In this document: positions 1 to 7,893 of the stretch, piece after piece
How positions within the stretch are numbered: the stretch's first letter is position 1
Layout: every line of letters starts with the position of its first letter
NCBI GenBank assembly: GCA_036558145.1
Contig: DATBGF010000393.1
Location: 1 to 36,744, forward strand
DNA: 36,744 bases
From: Acidimicrobiales bacterium
GTDB lineage: Bacteria; Actinomycetota; Acidimicrobiia; Acidimicrobiales; VFJN01
Direction of reading: 5' to 3'
Position numbers and translations under genes: made by a program
The notes under the pieces: model-generated
The model's input: only the letters and a program-made list of their open reading frames with translations
Databases searched by the model: none
Told to the model about the DNA's origin: nothing

Positions 1-1000
1 GCGCGGCGGACGGCGTGGTGTTGGCGATGCCCATGTCGCCGGTGACCAGGCAGGCCGCGCCGCCCTGCACCAGGGCAGCCGCGGCGGTGGCGCCGACGTC
101 GAGGGCCTGGAGCGCCTCGTCGACGGACATGGCCGGCCCGACAGTGAGGTCAGAAGTGCCCCGGCGGACCTTGGCGTCGGTGAGGCCGCCGTGGGGCTCG
201 AACGTGGCCGCCGTCCCCACGTCGATCACGACCACCTCGGCCCCGGCCTGGCGGGCGAGGACGTTGATGGCGGCCCCGCCCGCCAGCAGGTTCCCCACCA
301 TCTGGGCGGTGACCTCCTGGGGCCAGGGGGACACACGCTGGGCGTGGACGCCGTGGTCGCCCGCGAACACGGCGACGGCCGCGGGGCGGGGGAGCGGCGG
401 CGGGGAGGTGGCCGCGATGCCCGCGAGCTGGGCGGCGACGTCCTCCAAGCGGCCCAGCGAGCCGGGCGGCTTGGTGAGGCGGAGGTGCTGGGCGCGGGTG
501 GCGGCCTCGGCCCGCTCGTCGAGCGGCCCGCACAGCAGCGCCGAGGCGGCGAAGGCGCCCGCCTCGGCGGACAGCCAGTCGAGGACCGCCCGGTGCACGG
601 CCCGGTCGCCCACGGCCAGCACGGGGTGCCCGGCGGCGGTGGTGCCGACCAGCGGCGCCGCGGCCGGGCCCGGCCGGCGGGTCACGATCAGGGTGCGGCC
701 CGGCTCGGTGCCCCCGGTGGCGGCGGCCAGGTCCTCCACCGTCACGCCCGCGGCGGGGATGCCCGCCTGGGCCAGGACCTGGGCGGTCACATCCGGCCCT
801 CCGGGCGCGTCGCCGGCCACCACCCGTACGTCGAGGCCGCGGCCGGTCAGCGCCGCCACCAGGCGGCGGGCCCCCGGGCGGGGGCAGGGCGGGTCGTCGG
901 GGGTGGGATCGGCCGGGGTGACGAGGGCGGCCAGCTCGAACACCAGCCGGTCGACGGGGGAGGGGAACGGGGCGGGCGACGTCATGGGGCCCACCATCAT
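1..1000 (-). CDS. cobT: Nicotinate-nucleotide--dimethylbenzimidazole phosphoribosyltransferase (CobT). The C-terminal part lies outside the window, and it carries a ~145-aa N-terminal extension.
   Basis: Absent from the ORF track because no stop codon lies inside the window. Manual reverse translation in the frame of the ATGs at 1000/997/985 stays open down to position 2. It reads ...RLTKPPGSLGRLEDVAAQLAGI...AVFAGDHGV...LLAGGAAINVLA...CLVTGDMGIANTT, the hallmark CobT blocks. An in-frame TGA (complement of 1004-1006) bounds it upstream. Third codon positions are almost all G/C. Confidence 0.85.
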   Translation of the reverse strand, partial: MMVGPMTSPAPFPSPVDRLVFELAALVTPADPTPDDPPCPRPGARRLVAALTGRGLDVRVVAGDAPGGPDVTAQVLAQAGIPAAGVTVEDLAAATGGTEPGRTLIVTRRPGPAAAPLVGTTAAGHPVLAVGDRAVHRAVLDWLSAEAGAFAASALLCGPLDERAEAATRAQHLRLTKPPGSLGRLEDVAAQLAGIAATSPPPLPRPAAVAVFAGDHGVHAQRVSPWPQEVTAQMVGNLLAGGAAINVLARQAGAEVVVIDVGTAATFEPHGGLTDAKVRRGTSDLTVGPAMSVDEALQALDVGATAAAALVQGGAACLVTGDMGIANTTPSAA

Positions 1001-1043
1001 GCCTCAGCCGGGGACGCCCGCGCCGGGACTTATGGTGCAGATG

Positions 1044-1970
1044 TCACTCCGCCGCGTGCGATATCCGGCTCAGAGCGCGGTCGAGACGCTCCAGCCCGTC
1101 CGCATCCGGCACCGCGATCCGCACGTGGTCCTCCACGCCGAACGAGGCGCAGTCGCGCACCACGACGGCCTCGCGGGCCAGGGCGTCCCGCAGGCCGGCG
1201 GCTCGGGGCACCAGCACCCAAGGCGCGTCGGACGCCAGCGCGGCCCGGCCCCGGGCCGCCAGCATGCCGGCCAGCTCGGCGCGGGCCTTGGCCACGGCCG
1301 CGGTCCATGCCGGCGGGTCGGCCCGCTCCACCAGGTCCGGCACCAGCGCGCAGGCCAGCCCGCCCACGGCCCACTCCGGCCGGGCCCGCCGCAGCGCGGC
1401 GGCGGCCTCGCCGTCGGGGGCGAGCGCATAGCCGAGGCGCAGGCCGGGGCAGGCGAACGCCTTGGTCAGCGAGCCGAGCGCCCAACCCGGGCGGTCCCGG
1501 CTCCAGGTCCCCGCGGCCAGGGGCAGGAACGCCTCGTCCCACACGCCGGCCCGCTCGTCCGGCCCGGCCAGCCGGCCCGACGGGTTGTGGGGGTCGGAGC
1601 GCCAGCGGGGGGCGGCGGGGTCGAGTCGGGCCAGGTGCCGGCGGTAGAGGCCGAAGTCGGGCTCCTCCACCCAGCCGGCGCGCTCCTGCCCGGCCACCAG
1701 GGCGATGGCCTGGGCGCCGCCGGCCGTGAGGACCAGCCGGTCGGGGTCGAGGCCCAGCCCCGCGGCCAGCGCCGCCTCCGCGCCGGCGACGTCGGGGTAG
1801 CGGCCCAGGGCGTCCAGGCGGCGGTGGGCCAGCGCGGCCACGTCGGGCGCGAACGGGTTGAGGCTGGCGGACAGGTCGAGCACGGCGGCGGGATCGATCC
1901 CGAGCGCGGCGGCCACCCGGGCGCCGTCGCCGCCGTGCGCGCCGGGAGGCGGGATGGGGACGCCGGTCAT
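1044..1970 (-). CDS. cobD: L-threonine-O-3-phosphate decarboxylase (CobD/CobC-type, class I/II aminotransferase fold)
   Basis: Last 308 aa of track ORF 1044..3146 (MTGVPIPPPGAHGGDG...). Motifs: DLSASLNP, DPHNPSGR and the PLP-lysine context GSLTKAFACPGLRLGY. The ATG at 1970-1968 forms an ATGA overlap with the cbiB stop. The upstream 392 aa of the track ORF are Arg/Pro/Gly read-through that overlaps cbiB. Confidence 0.8.
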   Translation of the reverse strand: MTGVPIPPPGAHGGDGARVAAALGIDPAAVLDLSASLNPFAPDVAALAHRRLDALGRYPDVAGAEAALAAGLGLDPDRLVLTAGGAQAIALVAGQERAGWVEEPDFGLYRRHLARLDPAAPRWRSDPHNPSGRLAGPDERAGVWDEAFLPLAAGTWSRDRPGWALGSLTKAFACPGLRLGYALAPDGEAAAALRRARPEWAVGGLACALVPDLVERADPPAWTAAVAKARAELAGMLAARGRAALASDAPWVLVPRAAGLRDALAREAVVVRDCASFGVEDHVRIAVPDADGLERLDRALSRISHAAE

Positions 1971-2899
1971 CGCCGCCTCGCCCGGGCCCGGCGTCCGGCC
2001 AGGCCCGCGGTGGCCAGCATCCCGGCCAGCAGCCAGGTCACGTCCCGGGACAGCGCGACGGCGGCGGGGATGTCGCCCGCCTCCGGGGTGCGGCCGCGCC
2101 CGAGCAGCGGCCGGGCCTCCACGACGTCGCCGTAGCGGTTCCGGCCCCCGCCCAGCTGCAGGCCGAGGGCGGCGGCGAACGCGGCCTCGGCCATCCCGGC
2201 GTTGGGGGAGGGGTGCGCGGGCGCGTCCTGCCGGACGGCCCGGACCACCTCGCCGGCCCGCCGGGGCCGCGCCAGGGCGACCAACCCGGCCGTGGCGCGG
2301 GCGGGGACCCAGGCCAGGGCGTCGTCCAGGCGGGCGGCCGCGGTCCCGAAGCGCCGGTAGGTCCGGTCCCGGTAGCCGACCATCGAGTCCAGCGTGTCCC
2401 CGGCGCGGTGCACGAAGGCCCCCGCCGCCCCCGCGGCCAGCGTCCACAGCGCGGGGGCGACGATGGCGTCGGTGGTGTTCTCGGCCACCGACTCGACCAC
2501 CGCCCGGGCGATCCCGGCCTCGTCCAGCCCGGCCGGGTCGCGGCCGACCAGCGACGGGAGCAGCTCGCGGGCCCCGGCGAGGTCGCCGTCGCCCAGGGCG
2601 CGGCCCACGGCCCCGGCCGCGTCGTGCAGCGCCCGCCCCCCGCAGGCCAGGTAGCCGGCCGCGGCGGGCGAGCGCAGCGCGGCCCCAGCGAGGGCCGCGG
2701 CGCCGATCCCCGCCCCGGCCAGCACCGCCCCGGGCCCCGGCCGGTCGTCGTACAGCCGGCGCTCCAGCGCGGCCACGCCCGTGCCGAACAGCGCCACCGG
2801 GTGCCAGCGGTCGGGCACCGGCGGTTCGCCCAGCGCCTGGTCCAGCGCCAGTCCCGCGGCGGCCCCCAGGGCCCGGCCCGGCCAGCGCGGGCTCACCAC
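1967..2899 (-). CDS. cbiB: Adenosylcobinamide-phosphate synthase (CbiB/CobD membrane protein)
   Basis: C-terminal ~310 aa of track ORF 1967..3529 (VVSPRWPGRALGAAAGLALDQALGEPP..HPVALFG...ESVAENTTDAIVAP...HPSPNAG). GTG GTG at 2899-2894 overlaps the cobS stop (complement of 2893-2895). The start could be 2899 or 2896. Confidence 0.85.
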   Translation of the reverse strand: MVSPRWPGRALGAAAGLALDQALGEPPVPDRWHPVALFGTGVAALERRLYDDRPGPGAVLAGAGIGAAALAGAALRSPAAAGYLACGGRALHDAAGAVGRALGDGDLAGARELLPSLVGRDPAGLDEAGIARAVVESVAENTTDAIVAPALWTLAAGAAGAFVHRAGDTLDSMVGYRDRTYRRFGTAAARLDDALAWVPARATAGLVALARPRRAGEVVRAVRQDAPAHPSPNAGMAEAAFAAALGLQLGGGRNRYGDVVEARPLLGRGRTPEAGDIPAAVALSRDVTWLLAGMLATAGLAGRRARARRR

Positions 2900-3600
2900 T
2901 TCGCCGCCGCCACCAGCAGGCCCACGGTCTCGGCCACGACGCCCGCCGCGCCGAGCACGTCCCCCGTGTAGCCGCCGAGCCGGCGCCGGGCGAGGCCCAC
3001 GACCGCCACGAACCCGGCGGCCGCGGCCACCACGGTGACCACCCCGGCCACGACCGGCGCGGCCACGACGATCGCCACGGCCGCGGCCACCAGCGTGACC
3101 AGCGCCCCGGCCGGGGGCGCGCCCGTCGCAAAGCCGGCGGCCGCACCGCCCGGGCGGGCGTAGGGGACCGAGGCCATCGTCACGGCCATGCCACTGCGGG
3201 CCGCGGCCCACAGGCCCACGACCAGCAGGACGTCGGGCGCCTGCGAGGCGAAGCCGGCCACCCGGGCCGCCAGCACCACCACCAGGGCGACGACCCCGAA
3301 GCTGCCGACATCCGGGGCGGACATGATGGCCAGGCGTTGGGGCGCCGGCACGGGCGGCAGCAGCCCGTCGGCGCTGTCGGCCAGCCCGTCGAGGTGCAGC
3401 ATCCCGGTGAGCCAGGCGTCGACCGCCACCGCCAGCACCGCGGCCACCAGCGGCGGCCACAGCTCGCCCGCGGCCCACCACGCGGCACCCACGGCCAGCC
3501 CCACCAGCGCTCCCACCGCCCCGAACCACGGCGCCGCCCGCCGGTCCGGCGGCGCCGCACCCCCGACGACGGTGAGGAAGGCCAGGGCGGAGCGCATCAT
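2893..3600 (-). CDS. cobS: Adenosylcobinamide-GDP ribazoletransferase (cobalamin synthase CobS)
   Basis: Last 235 aa of track ORF 2893..4509 (MMRSALAFLTVVGG...MLHLDGLADSADGL...LGGYTGDVLGA), a polytopic membrane protein. The ATG at 3600-3598 overlaps the cobU stop (ATGA). Confidence 0.85.
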   Translation of the reverse strand: MMRSALAFLTVVGGAAPPDRRAAPWFGAVGALVGLAVGAAWWAAGELWPPLVAAVLAVAVDAWLTGMLHLDGLADSADGLLPPVPAPQRLAIMSAPDVGSFGVVALVVVLAARVAGFASQAPDVLLVVGLWAAARSGMAVTMASVPYARPGGAAAGFATGAPPAGALVTLVAAAVAIVVAAPVVAGVVTVVAAAAGFVAVVGLARRRLGGYTGDVLGAAGVVAETVGLLVAAAKW

Positions 3601-4121
3601 GCGTCCTCCGGGCGGTCGAGCGGGAGCACCCGTCCGGCCACCACCAGCAGCACCCGGTCGGCGATGCCCGCCACGGCCCGGTTGAGGCCGCCCAGCGTGT
3701 CGGCGAAGCGCCGGCCGGCTTCCGTCGGGGCGTGCACGCCCAGGCCGACCTCCTCCGACACGACGACGGTGTCCCCGTCCCGGTCCCGCAGGGCCGCGCA
3801 CAGCGGGGCGGCGTCGGGGTCGAGGTCGTCGAAGCCCGCGACCCATGTCCCCAGGGAGTCGACCAGGACCGGTCCGGCCAGGCCGCGCAGGACCACAGCG
3901 AGGTCGTGGCCGGCCTCCACCGTGGCCCAGCCGGCGGGCCGGCGGGCCCGGTGGGCGGCGATGCGGGCGGCCATGTCCTCGTCGCCGGAGCCCGGGGCCC
4001 GGCACGTGGCCACGTAGGTGACCGCCGCCGAGGTGCGGGCCACCAGGGACTCCGCCACCTCGGACTTGCCCGAGCGGGTGCCGCCGAGCACCAGGGTGAT
4101 CAACCGGACGTGCCTCCACAT
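3597..4121 (-). CDS. cobU: Adenosylcobinamide kinase / adenosylcobinamide-phosphate guanylyltransferase (CobU/CobP)
   Basis: Track ORF of 174 aa. It has the P-loop LVLGGTRSGKSE, and its size and downstream blocks (VDSLGTW, VSEEVGLGVHAPT..GRRF.D.LG) are typical of CobU. It is the first gene of a tightly overlapped cob operon. Confidence 0.9.
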   Translation of the reverse strand: MWRHVRLITLVLGGTRSGKSEVAESLVARTSAAVTYVATCRAPGSGDEDMAARIAAHRARRPAGWATVEAGHDLAVVLRGLAGPVLVDSLGTWVAGFDDLDPDAAPLCAALRDRDGDTVVVSEEVGLGVHAPTEAGRRFADTLGGLNRAVAGIADRVLLVVAGRVLPLDRPEDA

Positions 4122-4177
4122 GCAGTCGGAACGGGAGGGACGCAGCGTAGAGCCTGGGGTTCGTACACTCCCCGCCC

Positions 4178-4660
4178 GTGCGCCTGCTGTTCATCTGCTG
4201 GGGAAACATCTGCCGGTCGCCGACGGCCGAGGCCGTCATGCGGCGGATGGCCGAGGACGCCGGCCTGTCCGGGGTCGTGGAGATCGACAGCGCGGGCACC
4301 AGCGCCGAGCACCTGGGTGCGCCACCCGATCGCCGGGCCACGGCCGAGGCGGACCGGCGCGGCCTCGACCTGCGCTCCCAGCGGGCGCGGCGGACCCAGC
4401 CCGACGACTGGGAGCGCTTCGACCTCCTGCTCGTGGCGGACGAGCCCGTGGAGCGGGCGCTGCTGCGCCAGGCCCCGCCGGGAGCGGATCTGTCCAAGGT
4501 GCATCGCATGACCGCGTTCGGGCCCGACGCCGGCGTCGTCGACGAGGTCCCCGACCCCTACTACGGCGGTGAGGACGGCTTCGAGCTGGTCTACGAAGTG
4601 GTGGAGCGGGCGTGCGGCGGCCTGCTCGACCACGTCCGGGCCGTCCACGGCCTGACCTGA
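4178..4660 (+). CDS. Low-molecular-weight protein-tyrosine/arsenate-reductase-type phosphatase (LMW-PTP)
   Basis: Track ORF of 160 aa with a GTG start. The N-terminal CX5R(S/T) loop is LLFICWGNICRSP, and the downstream DSAGT and DPYYG blocks are present. Confidence 0.9.
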   Translation: MRLLFICWGNICRSPTAEAVMRRMAEDAGLSGVVEIDSAGTSAEHLGAPPDRRATAEADRRGLDLRSQRARRTQPDDWERFDLLLVADEPVERALLRQAPPGADLSKVHRMTAFGPDAGVVDEVPDPYYGGEDGFELVYEVVERACGGLLDHVRAVHGLT

Positions 4661-5520
4661 TGGCGTCCCCCGCGCTCGGGGCCGCGGTGGCGGCGGCGCT
4701 GGGGGAGCGCGCCCGCTCGGTCACGCCCGTGGGCGGGGGCTGCATCAGCGACGCCGGGCGGGTGGAGCTGGCCGGCGGCCGCACCGTGTTCGCCAAGGCG
4801 GCGGCCGGGCTGCCCGCCGGGCTGCTGGACGTGGAGGCGGCCGGGCTGCGCTGGCTGGGCGAGGTGCCCGGCGTGCGGGTGCCGGCCGTGCTGGCGTCGA
4901 CGCCCGAGGTGCTGGTGCTGGAGTGGATCGAGCCGGGCAGCCGCACCGGCGGCACCGGGGAGGACCTCGGGCGCCAGCTCGCCGCGCTCCACCGCGCCGG
5001 GGCTCCCGCCTTCGGCTGGCACCGGGACGGGTTCATCGGCACCGTGCCCCAGCGCAACACGCCCCAGTCCGGCGACTGGTGCGCGTTCTGGGCGACCCGC
5101 CGCATCGGGCCGCTGGTGGACCGGGCGGTCGCCGCGGGGACGCTCGATCCCCGGGCCCGCCCGCTCGTGGACCGCCTCGCCGACCGCCTGGCCGGGCACG
5201 CGGGGCCACCCGAGCCGCCGGCCCGGGTCCACGGCGACCTGTGGTCGGGCAACGTGCACGTCGACCGGGACGGCCGGCCCTGGCTCGTGGACCCCGCTGC
5301 CTACGGCGGGCACCGCGAGGTCGACCTGGCCATGCTCCACCTGTTCGGCTCGCCGGCCCCGGCGGTGGTGGCGGCCTACGACGAGGTCTTCCCGCTGGCG
5401 GCCGGCTGGCGGGACCGGCTGGCGCTGTGGCAGCTGGAGCCGCTGCTCACCCACACCGTCATGTTCGGCGGGAGCTACGGCGGCTCGGCCCTCGACGTGC
5501 TCGACCGGTTCAGTCGTTGA
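4660..5520 (+). CDS. Fructosamine/ketosamine-3-kinase family protein
   Basis: Track ORF 4612..5520, trimmed to the ATG at 4660 (MASPALG...), which overlaps the phosphatase stop as TGATG. It carries the kinase-fold catalytic block RVHGDLWSGNV and the family-typical ..DPA.YGGHREVDLAM.. Confidence 0.85.
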   Translation: MASPALGAAVAAALGERARSVTPVGGGCISDAGRVELAGGRTVFAKAAAGLPAGLLDVEAAGLRWLGEVPGVRVPAVLASTPEVLVLEWIEPGSRTGGTGEDLGRQLAALHRAGAPAFGWHRDGFIGTVPQRNTPQSGDWCAFWATRRIGPLVDRAVAAGTLDPRARPLVDRLADRLAGHAGPPEPPARVHGDLWSGNVHVDRDGRPWLVDPAAYGGHREVDLAMLHLFGSPAPAVVAAYDEVFPLAAGWRDRLALWQLEPLLTHTVMFGGSYGGSALDVLDRFSR

Positions 5521-6310
5521 GCGCTTCGCGGGCCACCTTGGCCATCTCGTAGCCGAACCGGCGGGCGCCGGGGTCCGGGACCGGGCACACCAGGAAGGCG
5601 CCCGGGCTCGGGCAGAAGTGCGCCCGGTCGGGGGCGCGCACCGTGACCTCCCCGTCGGTGCAGCCCTGGCCCGGGCCCTCGTCGGACGCGCACGGCAGCT
5701 TGTCCACGAACCGGTGGTCCTGCGTGACCGTGGCGGCGGCATCCGCGTAGCGGACCCGGCCGAACACCCGGTTGTCCCATTCGTCGACGATGCGCTGGTA
5801 GTCGGCCGCGATCTCCAGCTCGGCCCCGCCGGGGAGGCCGGGGGCCTCGGGCCCGCCCACCAGCACGACCTTGGTGCCCTGGGAGGCGAACATGTCCACC
5901 TCGGCGCGCACGTCCTGCTCGTAGCGGTCGGCCAGCGCCTGGCCGGCCAGCGGGTTCCCGGCCGCGTCGCGGGTGCACGGCACCCCGTTGTTGCCGACGA
6001 ACTGGATGACCACCACGTCGGGGTGCAGCGTGGCGTCGTTGCGCATCGTGTCGGCCACGCTGCACGGGGCCGTGCCCGGGATGGGCTTGGTGATGACGAG
6101 CGCCTTGGTCGTGCGGGCCAGCTCGTCGGAGAAGTAGGGCCCCGACTCCATGGACAGCGAGTCCCCGTAGAGGACGATCATCCCGCCCGGCCGGGACGCG
6201 TCGGCCTTGACGTGCGAGTAGGTGACGGCGGCGCCGATCACCACCAGTGTCAACAGGACGGGCAGAAGCCCACCACCACGACTCGACCCCCGGGCCATGC
6301 CGACGAGCAT
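5510..6310 (-). CDS. Membrane-anchored/secreted SGNH (GDSL) hydrolase, Cys-rich
   Basis: Track ORF 5510..6334. It has an N-terminal TM/signal anchor LLPVLLTLVVIGAAV, block I (VLYGDSLS), block III (FVGNNG) and block V (DRAH). Eight Cys suggest extracytoplasmic disulfides. The start is ambiguous: GTG 6334 would overlap the divergent CHAD gene, and ATG 6310 or ATG 6298 are alternatives. Confidence 0.75.
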   Translation of the reverse strand: MLVGMARGSSRGGGLLPVLLTLVVIGAAVTYSHVKADASRPGGMIVLYGDSLSMESGPYFSDELARTTKALVITKPIPGTAPCSVADTMRNDATLHPDVVVIQFVGNNGVPCTRDAAGNPLAGQALADRYEQDVRAEVDMFASQGTKVVLVGGPEAPGLPGGAELEIAADYQRIVDEWDNRVFGRVRYADAAATVTQDHRFVDKLPCASDEGPGQGCTDGEVTVRAPDRAHFCPSPGAFLVCPVPDPGARRFGYEMAKVAREALND

Positions 6311-6327
6311 GGCAGACTGACCGGTCG

Positions 6328-7893
6328 ATGCCACTCGACGTCCCCACCTACTCCTACGCGCTTCCGGAGGGTGTGGACCCGCCCGCGCTGGTCGCGTTCC
6401 TCCGCCGGCGCTTCGACGTCGAGGCCGAGCGGTCCGTGCCCGTGACCTTCACCGTCGTCGACACCGCCGATCGCCGGGTGCGGGACGCGGGGGCCGACCT
6501 GGTCCTGGAGGGGACCAAGACGACCGAGCTGGTCCTGCGCCTCGCTCCGGGCACTGCGCCCCTGTCCGCCGAGGCGGCCCGGGCCAAGCGCTGGCTGGTC
6601 GAGGACCTGCCGACCGGGCCCCTGCGCGACCACGTGGCCCCGGAGGTCGAGATGCGGGCCCTGCTCCCGCTGGCGCGGGTCCGGGCCGAGGTCAGCGCCC
6701 TCCACGTGCGCAACGCCGACCTCAAGACGGTGGTGCGGCTGCGGCTGGCGACGCACGCGGCGCTGGACACCGGCGGCGACCCGGCCCCGCTGACGTCGCG
6801 GGTCGAGGTGAGCGGCGTGCTCGGCTACCCCCGGCCGCTGGCCCGGGTGGTGGCGGCGCTCACCGCCGAGGCCGGGCTGGTGGAGGCGCCCGCCAGCATG
6901 GCGGACGAGGCCATCGCCGCCTCGGGCGGCGATCCCCGCGGCATCCGGTCCAAGGTCGACGTCGACCTGAGCCCGGACATGCGGACCGACCGGGCGGCCA
7001 TCGCCGTGCTCCGGGAGCTGGCCGGCTTCGTCGAGGCCAACCTGCCGGGCACGCTGGCCGACCTCGACACGGAGTTCCTGCACGACCTGCGGGTGGCGGT
7101 GCGCCGCAGCCGCTCGGTGCTGCGCGAGCTCAAGAGCGCCTTCGCCGACGAGCCGCTCCAGGCCCAGCGGGACGCCCTCAAGTGGATCCAGTCGATCACC
7201 GGCGACACACGCGACCTCGACGTCCAGCTCCTAGAGTGGGACGAGCTGCTGGCCGGCGTCCCGGCCGAGCGCCACGCCGCCCTGCAGCCCGCGCACAAGC
7301 TGCTGGTCCGGCACCGGGCCGCCGCCCTGCGCAAGCTCAAGGCGGAGCTGCGGGGCCGGGCCTACCGCGACGCCTGGGCCGGGTACCGGGCGTTCCTCGC
7401 GGGCAAGCTGGGCCCGGCCCGGGACCGCCCCGACGCCAAGCGCCCCCTGGGCGACGTGGCCGGCGAGCGCATCCGCAGGGTCTACAAGAAGATGGTGAAG
7501 ATGGGCTCGGCCATCGACGACGACAGCCCGGCCGAGGCGCTCCACGAGCTGCGCAAGCGGGGCAAGGAGCTGCGCTACCTGCTGGAGTTCTTCGGCGACC
7601 TGTGGCCGTCGTCGGTGGCCAAGCCGATGGTGAAGACGCTCAAGGGCCTCCAGGACGTCCTCGGCACCCACCAGGACCGTGAGGTCCAGGCCGACCACCT
7701 CCGGGGCCTGGCCGAGGAGCTGGCCGGCGTGGTGGGCGGCCCCGAGGCGCTGATGGTGCTGGGCGTGCTGGTCGAGCGCCTCGCCGTCGAGCAGCGCGAG
7801 GCCCGCAGCCACTTCGCCGAGACGTTCGCCGCCTTCGCCTCGTCCGACCAGCGCAAGCTGGTGTCCTCCACCTTCCGGGGCCCCAGCGGATGA
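6328..7893 (+). CDS. CYTH-like / CHAD domain protein
   Basis: Track ORF 6247..7893, trimmed to the ATG at 6328 (MPLDVPTYSY...). The C-terminal ~300 aa show the CHAD pattern of conserved His/Arg helices (FLHDLRVAVRRSRSVLR, ALHELRKRGKELRYLLEFF, LGTHQDREV). The N-terminal ~200 aa form a beta-rich CYTH-like region with a degenerate ExExK motif (VEAER). Confidence 0.8.
   Translation: MPLDVPTYSYALPEGVDPPALVAFLRRRFDVEAERSVPVTFTVVDTADRRVRDAGADLVLEGTKTTELVLRLAPGTAPLSAEAARAKRWLVEDLPTGPLRDHVAPEVEMRALLPLARVRAEVSALHVRNADLKTVVRLRLATHAALDTGGDPAPLTSRVEVSGVLGYPRPLARVVAALTAEAGLVEAPASMADEAIAASGGDPRGIRSKVDVDLSPDMRTDRAAIAVLRELAGFVEANLPGTLADLDTEFLHDLRVAVRRSRSVLRELKSAFADEPLQAQRDALKWIQSITGDTRDLDVQLLEWDELLAGVPAERHAALQPAHKLLVRHRAAALRKLKAELRGRAYRDAWAGYRAFLAGKLGPARDRPDAKRPLGDVAGERIRRVYKKMVKMGSAIDDDSPAEALHELRKRGKELRYLLEFFGDLWPSSVAKPMVKTLKGLQDVLGTHQDREVQADHLRGLAEELAGVVGGPEALMVLGVLVERLAVEQREARSHFAETFAAFASSDQRKLVSSTFRGPSG

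Noticed and set aside
15-2135. 706-aa plus-strand ORF, together with 191..1729 (+), 150..533 (-), 1030..1542 (-) and 1070..1429 (-), overlapping cobT and cobD
   Set aside because: These are antisense or off-frame shadows typical of very GC-rich DNA. Their translations are Arg/Pro/Gly/Ala low-complexity with no motifs. The opposite-strand frame carries unmistakable CobT and CobD motifs.
1971-3146. Upstream 392 codons of track ORF 1044..3146. The same issue applies to the upstream parts of ORFs 1967..3529, 2893..4509, 14786..15886, 15439..20706 and 22886..26929.
   Set aside because: The frames stay open simply because stops are rare at this GC content. The upstream translations are RPG-rich nonsense overlapping a real gene in another frame. 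Plausible starts with 4-nt stop/start overlaps exist at the domain boundaries.
4122-4177. Looked for a cobalamin riboswitch upstream of cobU
   Set aside because: Only 56 nt separate cobU from the divergent phosphatase gene. No B12-box-like sequence is present, so the space is too short for any aptamer.
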